Source: a bacterium
GTDB taxonomy: Bacteria > SM23-31
Direction: 5' to 3'
Assembly (NCBI GenBank): GCA_965221205.1
Contig: OZ244870.1
Span: 1,218,232-1,282,231, forward strand
Length of the DNA stretch: 64,000 nucleotides
A model generated the notes under the pieces. That model saw only the letters and a list, made by a program, of their open reading frames with translations. It did no database searches and had not been told where the DNA came from. This document shows positions 19,098-28,764 of the stretch, piece after piece; the stretch's first letter is position 1, and every line of letters starts with the position of its first letter. Made by a program: the position numbers and the translations under genes.

Positions 19098-19833
19098 GGT
19101 CCTGACTAGTTTAGAGAAATTTGATATACTCTAAATATAGTTAAGACAATGAGTTACAGGTACAAAAAACGCGCGCACATTTCTGGGCGAAAATTTCGAT
19201 TACTTTTAGAGTATTTTTCATTAGATTTAGATGCACTGACTATATCAAAATTAGCCAGGTTAAATCGCAATACGGTCAACAAGTATCTCCGTCTTTTTAG
19301 GGAACGCATAGTAGAGTTGTGCGATCGTGATTCTCCCTTTAAAGGTATTGTTGAAGTAGATGAATCTTACTTTGGCGCTAAACGAATTAAAGGTAAACGA
19401 GGTCGAGGAGCAAGTGGGAAAACACCGGTTTTTGGAATTCTTCAACGGGGCAGTACAATATATACAGAAGTTGTTCCCGATTGTGCTAAACGTACGCTTC
19501 AAGCTATAATTCGAGGCAGAGTCGATCCCGAGAGCATCATCCATTCCGATCCCTGGAGAGGATATTACGGCCTGGTCGATATGGGTTATAAAAAACATTT
19601 TCGCATTCACCATGGTAACGATGTATTCTCTAATGAGAAAAATCACATTAATGGTATCGAGTCTTTCTGGTCCTTTGCAAAAAGACGATTAGAAAAATTT
19701 CATGGAATTTCCAAATCAACGTTTCATCTACATCTTGAAGAATGTGAATTCCAGATTTAATAACAGAAACAATAACATCTATAAACTATTATTACAAAAT
19801 ATCAACGCTAAACCTCTAAACTAGTCAAGAGCC
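19098..19833 (+). mobile_element. compact (736 bp) IS1595-family insertion sequence
   Basis: Imperfect terminal inverted repeats: GGTCCTGACTAGTTTAGAG (19098-19116) and CTCTAAACTAGTCAAGAGCC (19814-19833), sharing a 14-nt core TGACTAGTTTAGAG. There is a single DDE ORF inside whose end runs into the right repeat. I see no clear target duplication. Confidence 0.8.
19149..19824 (+). pseudogene. IS1595-family (ISXO2-like DDE) transposase with a +1 frameshift 23 codons before its natural end
   Basis: VEVDESYFGAKRIKGKRGRGASGKTPVFGI, HSDPWRGY and NGIESFWSFAKRRL. The track ends at ECEFQI* (19760). Dropping one C at 19751-19752 restores ECEFRFNNRNNNIYKLLLQNINAKPLN* ending at 19824, which is the family's usual E.EFRFN end. 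Confidence 0.7.
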
Positions 19834-19913
19834 TTAAATATATAGTTGAGAACGTACTCTTAGCTATATGTTTTCAAGGTCATTCAATGGATTCGATTAT
19901 TCGAGGATAAATC

Positions 19914-20348
19914 ATGAACAAAAGAACGTTTCTTGTAGCTGATAATGATGACCAGTTTCGGCTTCTTATGGAAGAAATATTGATTAAGATTTTCACCGAT
20001 GAAGCGATAAAAGTGCTTCATGCCAGTAATGGTTCGGAAGCAATCAAAATTTTTGAAAATTGCCTTAATAGCAACAGTCTTATTATGCAATGCCGGAAGC
20101 AACTGGGAGCGATGTCATTATCAATATAATTAATAAACATCCGACTCTCATTGTTGTCATGAGTGCGGTTCCAAAAGCGCACGATCACGATTTTATTCAA
20201 GAAGATGCGATCTATATTTTTGCCGAAACCGTTTGATATAAGCACTGCTAGAAACGTAATGGATGCTGCAATTGTGATGAAAATTGATCAGAGTGATATT
20301 GACAAAGCAATTGATGTAATAGACCGTTTGAAAAGTCTTGACGCATGA
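19914..20348 (+). pseudogene. CheY-like receiver-domain protein broken into three frames
   Basis: The pieces are FLVADNDDQFRLLMEEIL..ASNGSEAIKIFE (frame 1), AMPEATGSDVIINIINKHPTLIVVMSAV (frame 2, from about 20087) and PKPFDISTARNVMDAAI (frame 3, after the T5 run 20217-20221). No Asp codon is recoverable at the expected phospho-acceptor position. Confidence 0.6.
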
Positions 20349-22612
20349 CATTTTTACAATCATTTATTCTTTTTGGTTTATGTTCAGTTATCCTCCCGTT
20401 CCTTATTCACCTCCTCAATATCAGAAAGAAAGAACGGGTCCCATTCAGTTCTCTTTATTTTCTTCGGCTCATTGAGAGCAAAAAAATTAAACGGCTGAAG
20501 CTCAAGCAACTCCTGCTTTTGCTTATCAGAATGGCGATAATTGCATTTCTGGTCACGGCTTTCGCCCGACCTGCAGTTGTGGATGACTTATTTTCCGGTT
20601 ATTCCGAAACCGCACAGATTGCCGCTGTTATTGTTGTAGACAATTCGCTGAGTACATCGTTTGTGCAGGATGATCAACCATTATTCGAGCAAATACGAAG
20701 CAATGCACTCCAAGTTCTTGATACATTTAAGGACGGGGATGAACTTTATCTGCTTTTTTCAACAGATTTTATGAATATTCCTACAGACAATCCCGCATTG
20801 CCGCAGTCATTTGAAAGTACAGTAGAACAATCCGTCACTTCCAGTAATGTTTCCAAAATACATAGCGAAATTCAAGCCGATTATTCGAAAGAATCGGTGC
20901 AGTACCGTATTGAAAACGCCCGGATTGCAAAGAAAGAAGGGAACCTGACTCGCGCAGTTGCTATAGGCAAAACTTTGCTGCAGGAAAGCTCATATCTTAT
21001 CCGAGAAATTTTTGTGGTGTCGGATATGCAGGCCTCAAATTTTTACCATGACGGCAATAAAACAGTACCTGTCGGAGTCCCTATTCAATCCGAATCGGGT
21101 AACCCAGATACTCAAGTACAAAGTATGGCTGGCACACCACCGGTACAGCTAATATTTATCGGAGTAGGAGAAGATGTCCGAGAGAACTTCGGTATCACAC
21201 ACATAGCATTTGAAGAACAGATTGTCGAACAAAACAAAGAATTGCGTGTCAGAATGACAGCAGGCCGTTTCAGCAGTGGATCGGACGTTGAAGTAGACCG
21301 GTTAATCAACCTCTACCTGAATGGCAAAAGGATCGCACAGAAAAGTGTGAAATTTACGGGAGATGAAATTGTAACAAGTGAATTTCGATTCGTACCTGAA
21401 TCCACGGAAATAATTAATGGAATGATTGAGATTGAAGAAGACAAGATGACCAGTGATAACCGCAGACACTTTGTGGTTAATATTCCTCCTGCGGTATCTG
21501 TTCTTCTTGTCAACGGGAATGGCACAATTCCGGACTTTCTAGAATCGGTCTATTCATCGGGTCTCATGCAGGAATTATCACTCCGGTCAGTTTCCGAGTC
21601 ACAGATGTCAAGTGTTGAGTTTCGCGATTACGATAGTGTCATATTGAATGGTGTGTCGCGGTTTACCAATGTCGATATCTACAGAATCAAAAATTTCTGC
21701 GCCGGTGGGGGAGGCGTCATCATATTTCCCGGACGGGAAACCGATCTCGATTCATTCAACGAATATTTGGCGGAACCCTTCTCGTTACCCGCAGCGACCG
21801 GATATTCCGGAGAATTTTTGCAGAGCAGCTTGACCGGTTCGAGTTATTTCACTATAGAGTCGGTTCAATATACACATCCCATTTTTAATAACATGTTTCA
21901 GGAAGAGAATCCGGAACCTGATTTGCCGTTTATTTACAGAGCTATCGACTTGAACATAACAGATCCTGTCCGGACACGTAGTATAATGTCGATGTCAAAT
22001 AATCGTCCGTTCATAGCTGAAACGGACGTAGAAATCGGCACAATCGTTCTCTTTTCGAGTGCTCCATCTTTAGCTTGGAATTCTTTTCCGGTACAGGGGC
22101 TGTTTGCTCCATTGATGTACCGGTTGGTCAATTATGTATCACGTCTCGAATCCGGACAACTTGAATCAAATGAAGTAGGTGAGCAGGTTACATTAATGTT
22201 CAGGGAAAGTCCGGACGATATTGTAATAAAATCACCGATCGGTGAATTATTTAAAGAACAGCCTATGGTGACATCAGAAGCTTACACTGTCAATTTTTCA
22301 GACACGAATGAACAAGGTATATATACACTTCTCAATGGAGAAAGTACCTTGCAGAAGTTTGCTGTCAATGTTTCCCCGAAAGAGTCGATTACCAATCCTT
22401 TGAGTGAATCTGAAATAGAACAATTTTTTGGTAGCAAACCCTATAGAGTTTGGGATGGAGAAGAAGATATTGCTGAAAAGATACGAGAATCCCGGTCAGG
22501 ATTTGAAGTTTCTCATTATGTCATAGCATTGGTTCTACTATTGTTGCTCATGGAAACATTGCTTCAGCATGAACGAAAACGGGGAGAACTTGATGAAATC
22601 CCAAGTGTATAA
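20345..22612 (+). CDS. large membrane-anchored protein with a BatA-type N-terminal double-TM domain (TIGR02226-like)
   Basis: The N-terminus MTFLQSFILFGLCSVILPFLIHLLNIRKKERVPFSSLYFL matches the aerotolerance-regulator N-terminal signature. There is a second TM near the C-terminus (HYVIALVLLLLLMETLL). The middle 650 aa are unassigned. Confidence 0.65.
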   Translation: MTFLQSFILFGLCSVILPFLIHLLNIRKKERVPFSSLYFLRLIESKKIKRLKLKQLLLLLIRMAIIAFLVTAFARPAVVDDLFSGYSETAQIAAVIVVDNSLSTSFVQDDQPLFEQIRSNALQVLDTFKDGDELYLLFSTDFMNIPTDNPALPQSFESTVEQSVTSSNVSKIHSEIQADYSKESVQYRIENARIAKKEGNLTRAVAIGKTLLQESSYLIREIFVVSDMQASNFYHDGNKTVPVGVPIQSESGNPDTQVQSMAGTPPVQLIFIGVGEDVRENFGITHIAFEEQIVEQNKELRVRMTAGRFSSGSDVEVDRLINLYLNGKRIAQKSVKFTGDEIVTSEFRFVPESTEIINGMIEIEEDKMTSDNRRHFVVNIPPAVSVLLVNGNGTIPDFLESVYSSGLMQELSLRSVSESQMSSVEFRDYDSVILNGVSRFTNVDIYRIKNFCAGGGGVIIFPGRETDLDSFNEYLAEPFSLPAATGYSGEFLQSSLTGSSYFTIESVQYTHPIFNNMFQEENPEPDLPFIYRAIDLNITDPVRTRSIMSMSNNRPFIAETDVEIGTIVLFSSAPSLAWNSFPVQGLFAPLMYRLVNYVSRLESGQLESNEVGEQVTLMFRESPDDIVIKSPIGELFKEQPMVTSEAYTVNFSDTNEQGIYTLLNGESTLQKFAVNVSPKESITNPLSESEIEQFFGSKPYRVWDGEEDIAEKIRESRSGFEVSHYVIALVLLLLLMETLLQHERKRGELDEIPSV

Positions 22613-22643
22613 TACTTAGTAGAACGATGTAAGGTAGTTTCCA

Positions 22644-23918
22644 ATTTACGAAACAGAACAGAAAAAAGAATGTGTTGCCCTTGTCGGCACATCCAGACGC
22701 GGACAGACACAGGCCGATACTGAAGAATCGCTGAGAGAATTGGCACTTCTCACTGAGTCAGCTGGGGCAGAAGTCCGAAAACATTACATCCAGAATCTTA
22801 AGGATTTTGATCCTGCATTCTTTGTCGGAAAAGGGAAAGCCAAGCAGATTGCAGAAGACATTAACAGCATTGGGGTCGATTCTGTTATTTTTGATGATGA
22901 TTTATCTCCGGTACAGATGAAAAATCTTGGGAAGATTACCGGTAAAAAAGTCATAGACCGTACGGGTTTGATTATTGAAATATTCGCACAAAATGCCCGG
23001 ACGCGTGAGGCTAAAACTCAGGTAGAACTTGCTCAGCTACAATATCTGTTGCCGCGATTGACACGCCAGTGGCTCCATCTTGAACGTCAGGTGGGAAGTA
23101 TTGGTGTCATGGCCGGAATGGGAGAAACTCAGCTCGAAATCGACCGAAGGCTGGTCAGAAGAAAGATTAAGCAGCTCAAAAAAGAACTGCATAATATCGA
23201 TAATCAAAGAGATGCCCGGAACAAAAAACGTTTGGAGTTTTTTAAGGCAACGCTCGTTGGCTATACCAATGCAGGAAAATCGACTCTGTTTAATGCTCTG
23301 ATTCCCGAACAAAGCAAAGGAGTCATGGTTGCCGACAGACTTTTTGCCACGCTCGATTCAACAATTCGAAGGCTCGATATTGATAATCATCAGGTTATCC
23401 TGCTGGCAGATACTGTCGGATTTATACGAAAACTCCCCCATAATCTTATAGCTTCGTTTAAAAGTACCTTCAGTGTAGTCGGTGACGCCGATATTCTCCT
23501 CAATATTGTCGACATTAATCATCCCCGTTATGAAGAACATATCGAAGCCGTCCTTGGTGTACTCCATGAAATGGACCTTGATGCAAAGCCCGTTATCACC
23601 GTATTTAACAAGATTGATCTTGTGAAAGACGACACCATCATTCGGAATATTCGGAAATTCTATCCAGATGCTCTTTTCATCTCCGCAGCACGTGGCATCG
23701 GTATGAAAAATATTCTAGAGGATTTGTCACAGGTAGTGATGAAAGATTTTTTTATTAAGGAAATTACTCTACCTATACAAGACTCGCAGCGTATTGCGGG
23801 GATTTATGATAAGTACCAGGTCCTTGAACAAACCTATAAAGGAAATTTTACAATCTTGAAGATTCGGTTGTCTCAGGAATATGCTGCTCAACTTGAATCT
23901 ATGATTACCGGAACATAA
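22644..23918 (+). CDS. hflX: GTPase HflX (start codon uncertain; first canonical start is the TTG at 22740)
   Basis: FVGKGKAKQI, IDRTGLIIEIFAQNARTREAKTQVELAQLQYLLPRL and the G-domain VGYTNAGKSTLFN..DTVGF..NKID. Homology clearly extends upstream of 22740 (ECVALVGTSRRG..SLRELALLTESAGAEV) to an ATT at 22644. Confidence 0.85.
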   Translation: MYETEQKKECVALVGTSRRGQTQADTEESLRELALLTESAGAEVRKHYIQNLKDFDPAFFVGKGKAKQIAEDINSIGVDSVIFDDDLSPVQMKNLGKITGKKVIDRTGLIIEIFAQNARTREAKTQVELAQLQYLLPRLTRQWLHLERQVGSIGVMAGMGETQLEIDRRLVRRKIKQLKKELHNIDNQRDARNKKRLEFFKATLVGYTNAGKSTLFNALIPEQSKGVMVADRLFATLDSTIRRLDIDNHQVILLADTVGFIRKLPHNLIASFKSTFSVVGDADILLNIVDINHPRYEEHIEAVLGVLHEMDLDAKPVITVFNKIDLVKDDTIIRNIRKFYPDALFISAARGIGMKNILEDLSQVVMKDFFIKEITLPIQDSQRIAGIYDKYQVLEQTYKGNFTILKIRLSQEYAAQLESMITGT

Positions 23919-24033
23919 TAGAAATGTCGGAACTATACACTATCCGTTATATGGGGCGGAATAGTTAGTTGTAAATGTGTCGTCCACATGTATCTTTGCG
24001 TAAAATAAATAAAAAAATTCATTCGAGTTGAGT

Positions 24034-25332
24034 ATGACTTTCTGTGAGACTGTCCGGCACCTGAACTCCCGCCAAATGTTCGGAGTGAAACTCGGGCTTG
24101 AAAATATTAAAAATCTACTGGCAAGGCTTGGAAATCCCGAAAAAAACTTCGATAGCATACATATTGCAGGTACTAACGGAAAGGGATCAACAGCGGCTAT
24201 AATTGCCTCTGTCTTTGATGCACAAGGGTATGCCACCGGTCTCTATACATCACCTCATATTACTACGGTACGTGAGCGGTTTGCCGTTAACAGCCGGCTT
24301 ATCTCCCCACGTGAATTTGCGAGTCTCTATGAAGAATTAGCACAACACCTCGATGATATTCCGTGCACTTATTTTGAGTGTACAACAGCGCTCGCGTTTC
24401 TCTATTTCAGCAGAAAAAAAGTTGAAAGAGCGGTAGTTGAAGTCGGGCTTGGCGGCAGATTTGATGCAACCAATGTATTGACACCAATCTGCTCGGTAAT
24501 CACAACCATCAGTTTTGATCATGAACAGTATCTCGGTACGACACTCGGAGAAATTACCCGCGAAAAATGCGGAATCATTACAAAGGGTGTTCCGGTTGTT
24601 TCAGGAGTAAAACAGAATGAGTGCCAGAAAATCATCCAACAGGAAACAAAAAAAAAAGAGTCAACGCTTTTTGATTCGGATGTGGTTGTAGATATCCACG
24701 ATGTTAAGTCTACTTCGCAGGGGTCATCATTTCATGCTAAATTATCCGGTACAATTTTTCCTAAATTGAATCTCTCACTACCCGGACTATTTCAGATCGA
24801 AAATGCCCGGACAGCGTTAGCCGCACTTTACGTGATTGAACACTATACAATTAAGAATGCTCATCATGCTATCCGAAAAGGGTTGGAGTCAGTAGTCTGG
24901 AATGAACGGTTTACACAGTATGGGCATGATCCGGCTTTACTTATTGATGTGACGCATAATGAAGCAGGATTTCAGGCAATGGCGGAGAATCTCCGGAATC
25001 TATTTCCGGGTCGGGATGTTATATTGGTAGTAGGGTTAAAAGAGGATAAAAGCTTTCGGAACGTTTTAGCGCCGGTTCTGCCGATCTGTAAGACGGGTAT
25101 CGGAGTACCTGTCACAAACTCCGCCCGAATTGAAACCACACAAAAAAGCGCCTCTGCAAAACAATTGCGGGGACTATTCGAAAACACAAATATTCCATTC
25201 AGGTATTTCCCTACAGTCAGGTCGGGAGTGCGGTTTGCAAAAAGCATTGCAAGCAAAGATGATGTTATTGTATGTACCGGCAGTCATTATACAATAGATA
25301 AATTTAAAAAAGCGATAAAATCGCTTGACTAA
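24034..25332 (+). CDS. folC: bifunctional folylpolyglutamate synthase / dihydrofolate synthase
   Basis: IHIAGTNGKGSTAA (P-loop), the Mur-ligase middle domain (VEVGLGGRFDATN) and ISFDHEQYLG. Confidence 0.88.
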   Translation: MTFCETVRHLNSRQMFGVKLGLENIKNLLARLGNPEKNFDSIHIAGTNGKGSTAAIIASVFDAQGYATGLYTSPHITTVRERFAVNSRLISPREFASLYEELAQHLDDIPCTYFECTTALAFLYFSRKKVERAVVEVGLGGRFDATNVLTPICSVITTISFDHEQYLGTTLGEITREKCGIITKGVPVVSGVKQNECQKIIQQETKKKESTLFDSDVVVDIHDVKSTSQGSSFHAKLSGTIFPKLNLSLPGLFQIENARTALAALYVIEHYTIKNAHHAIRKGLESVVWNERFTQYGHDPALLIDVTHNEAGFQAMAENLRNLFPGRDVILVVGLKEDKSFRNVLAPVLPICKTGIGVPVTNSARIETTQKSASAKQLRGLFENTNIPFRYFPTVRSGVRFAKSIASKDDVIVCTGSHYTIDKFKKAIKSLD

Positions 25333-25580
25333 AATGTTTAATATATGTATCTTTAACATGAAAGCTAAATGTCCTTCCCAATAGATCCTCAATATAGCAA
25401 ATCTATATCGATCAACCTTTAATGAATACAAAGTGCAAAGAAGAGTAAGCAAAGGCATCGGTGCTGTCTTGTGTTTTCAATAAGTTTATAAATAGATTGC
25501 GAAATAAGAGAAACTGAATTTCTCGGTTGTTAAGATTTAAAAATATTATCCGAAGGTAGTCCTTAGAAGTGAGGTGTTGA

Positions 25581-26846
25581 ATGGTTGAACCAAAGAGCTT
25601 GGATATTGCTGAATTAAAGGAAAAGAAAACTTCTCAGCTTGCATCCGTAGCTAAAGAACTCCAAATTTCATCTATTGCAGGAATGAGGAAACAGGAGCTA
25701 ATATTCAAAATTCTTGAGGCACAAGCCAATAAAGATGGTCTTCTGTTTTCTGAAGGAGTCTTGGAGATTCTTCCTGATGGATATGGATTTCTGCGGTCGA
25801 CAAATTATAATTATCTTCCTGGTCCTGATGACATATATATATCGCCGTCTCAGATTAAACGATTCAACCTGAAAACAGGTGATACTGTATCGGGGCAGAT
25901 TCGTCCTCCAAAAGAAAATGAGCGGTTTTTTGCACTGCTTCGTGTCGAAGCAGTCAATTTTGAAAATCCTGAGGAAGCGAAAGATAAGATATTTTTCGAC
26001 AATCTCACTCCGCTTTATCCAAATGAAAAATTGATGCTGGAAAACGATCCGGAAGATTATTCGACACGAATAATGGATCTGTTGACACCTATTGGTAAAG
26101 GACAGCGCGGTCTCATTGTAGCTCAGCCTAAGACCGGTAAAACCATGCTCCTGCAAAAAATTGCCAATAGTATTGCTACAAACCAACCTGAAGTAATCCC
26201 CATTGTGTTGCTGATAGATGAACGCCCCGAAGAAGTTACAGATATGCAGCGGTCGGTAAATGCCGAAGTGGTTAGCTCAACATTCGACGAACCGGCGGAA
26301 CGCCACGTTCAGGTTGCCGATATGGTTCTTGAAAAAGCGAAACGTCTTGTAGAGCACAAACGGGATGTCGTAATATTGCTCGATTCGATTACGAGGCTAG
26401 CACGTGCCCACAACTCGATTATCCCGCACAGTGGAAAGATTCTCTCGGGTGGTGTCGATGCTAATGCACTCCATCGTCCGAAACGGTTTTTTGGTGCGGC
26501 CAGAAATGTGGAAGAAGGAGGTAGTTTGACCATAATTGCTACCGCACTTATCGACACCGGAAGTAGAATGGATGAAGTTATCTTTGAAGAATTCAAGGGT
26601 ACCGGTAACATGGAACTTGCACTGGACAGGCGATTGAGTGACAGAAGAATATATCCATCGATCGACATCAATAAGTCGGGTACTCGAAAAGAAGAATTGC
26701 TGCTTGATGGAAGTGTGCTTGCACGGGTCTGGTTGTTGAGAAAACTCCTTGCCGATATGGGGGAAATCGAATCAATGAATTTCCTTCTCGAAAAAATGGG
26801 GCTGACAAAATCGAATGTAAAATTCCTCGATTCGATGAATGAATAG
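25581..26846 (+). CDS. rho: transcription termination factor Rho
   Basis: [38 protein letters not shown] and DSITRLARA. It is preceded by a 248-nt untranslated gap. Confidence 0.95.
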   Translation: MVEPKSLDIAELKEKKTSQLASVAKELQISSIAGMRKQELIFKILEAQANKDGLLFSEGVLEILPDGYGFLRSTNYNYLPGPDDIYISPSQIKRFNLKTGDTVSGQIRPPKENERFFALLRVEAVNFENPEEAKDKIFFDNLTPLYPNEKLMLENDPEDYSTRIMDLLTPIGKGQRGLIVAQPKTGKTMLLQKIANSIATNQPEVIPIVLLIDERPEEVTDMQRSVNAEVVSSTFDEPAERHVQVADMVLEKAKRLVEHKRDVVILLDSITRLARAHNSIIPHSGKILSGGVDANALHRPKRFFGAARNVEEGGSLTIIATALIDTGSRMDEVIFEEFKGTGNMELALDRRLSDRRIYPSIDINKSGTRKEELLLDGSVLARVWLLRKLLADMGEIESMNFLLEKMGLTKSNVKFLDSMNE

Positions 26847-26931
26847 CTCACATTTTCCTTGGAATCTTGTGATTATTAGTGTAAATTACCAAGCTTTGAT
26901 TAAAATGTTCTGATTTAAGGAGTAAAATATT

Positions 26932-27162
26932 GTGAAAAAAGGTATTCATCCGGAATATAAACTGGGTACCGTATCATGTGCATGCGGCAATGCATTTCAA
27001 ATTCGGAGTACAGTGGGGAACTTGAAAGTAGAAATTTGTTCGATGTGCCACCCATTCTTTACAAAAAAGCAGAAGTTGATTGATACAGCTGGCCGTGTTG
27101 AAAAGTATTTAAAAAAGTATGGTAAAGCTGCCGGTCAAGAAGCAACAGCGGAAAAATCATAA
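26932..27162 (+). CDS. rpmE: 50S ribosomal protein L31
   Basis: MKKGIHPEY...[27 protein letters not shown] start. Confidence 0.9.
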   Translation: MKKGIHPEYKLGTVSCACGNAFQIRSTVGNLKVEICSMCHPFFTKKQKLIDTAGRVEKYLKKYGKAAGQEATAEKS

Positions 27163-27237
27163 AATCCTCGGTTTATTTATTAAATCATGTTCTAAAGAAC
27201 GTTTTCCTATCTGATACCTCGGGTAAACGGGCACTGT

Positions 27238-28286
27238 ATGTCAAATAAAGATGTCAACATGGTGGGACAGGCCGTTATCGAAGGTGTGATGATGCGGTCG
27301 GAAAAGTACATTTCTGTAGCTGTTCGTAAACCCGATGGAACAATTGCCATCAAAAGGGAAGAAAACCTGCCTTGGGGAAAACGATCAAAATTACTCCGGT
27401 TCCCTTTTGTTCGTGGTGGAATTGTGCTCATCGAAGCACTCATTCATGGCACAAAAGCCCTTTCATGGTCTGTAGATGTAGCTGTAGAGCATGAAAACGA
27501 CTCGGAAAAATCCCCACTTCAGGAACGGCACCAATTATAGCAAAACTTAGTACATTATTTACATTCCTCATAGGGTTTTCTCTCGGTTTATTCCTTTTTT
27601 TCTGGCTCTCACTTGTTTTTACCCAATGGATCGGATTTGAAACCGGATTCTGATTTAATCTGATAGACGATCTCTTCAGGCTGTTGATGTTTGGCATCTA
27701 TCTGGCGGCTATCTCGATGTGGGAAGAAATAAGAAGAATTTTTCAATATCATGGAACTGAACATATAAAGTATCTATGCCTTCGAAAATGATTGTTCTTT
27801 AACGATCGACGGAGCGCCCCCATTTACCACACTGCATCCGCGCTGCGGTACAAGTTTTCTGCTAATCGTAATTGTTGTTAGCATTTTTGTGTTCATGTTT
27901 TTGGGCAAACCTGAGACCTATGCAGACCGTTTTATCCGGCTCCTTTTTGTGCCGGTTATTGGGGGATATCATATGAATTTATCCGCTTATCCGGTAAGCT
28001 CAGAGATAATAAAATTGCAAAAATATTTATACAACCAGGACTTTGGCTCCAGAAGGTAACAACGCGTGAACCGAGTGATGACCAATTGGAAGTCGGTATT
28101 ATTGCACTCAGAAGCGCAATAAGTGAATCGCTCAATCTTGAGAACATAGTACACTATACGCCAGATGGTCTCAGGTACGACCACCGGACACCTCCGGGCT
28201 TTCTGCCCTTGACGAGGAACTTACCGTTTCTTCCCAATAACAGATTGCTTCTTGCATTATTTTCCATTTTTCCGCTTGGCAGATAA
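27238..28286 (+). pseudogene. DUF1385-family membrane protein, inactivated (at least 3 frameshifts plus an in-frame TGA)
   Basis: Family blocks are all present but scattered over three frames: GQAVIEGVMMRS; QYHGTEH / KSIYAFEN (1-nt insertion near 27766); TLHPRCGTSFLL; PVIGG / ISYEFIRLSGK (shift near 27966); PGLWLQKVTTREPSDDQLEVGIIAL. The first shift is near 27500-27535. The in-frame TGA is at 27651-27653. Confidence 0.75.
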
Positions 28287-28764
28287 TTTCCAAAAATCGG
28301 CACTATATAGTTATGAGGTTTCCGTGTCTTCATATTTTCTTGATGACATTGATAACTTATTACTTTCCTGTCGAATTGAATTGAGAGAAGGATACCAATT
28401 CCAAACCATTTCGGGACGCTTTTCTTGTCTGATCCGGCCGCTTAATAGAAATGATAAATTGAGTAATAATCAACGTATAATCTATCCGAATCTTGTGCAT
28501 GTATAAAAACTCTCATTTGAACTGAACGGAGTGCTAGGTACCAGATTAAGTTTGAATATGAAAACAGTGCTCTATTACGGATTATTTTCTGTCAAAGATA
28601 AGGTACTCGAGAGAAGTACATTATTGAAAAAATGTGAAAGGGGCGGCAGACTGGCTTGATACGTTCATTGAGTGATTCTGACAATGCGTCTTGAATTCAT
28701 ACCAATAAAATGATATATTAATCAGAAGTATTTGTAATTGCAATTATGACAAAAAGGTATAACA

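Noticed and set aside
26309-26851. 180-aa minus-strand ORF
   Set aside because: It is antisense to rho and its Ser-rich composition is that of a shadow ORF.
27651-27653. In-frame TGA inside DUF1385 as evidence for TGA recoding (Trp/Gly code)
   Set aside because: TGA terminates several confident genes here, for example batE at 57809-57811 and yicC at 58924-58926. The same DUF1385 gene also has frameshifts, so a nonsense mutation is the simpler reading.
28252-28506. 84-aa + strand ORF in the gap before prfA
   Set aside because: It overlaps the tail of the DUF1385 wreck and has no motif or RBS. Its composition looks non-coding.
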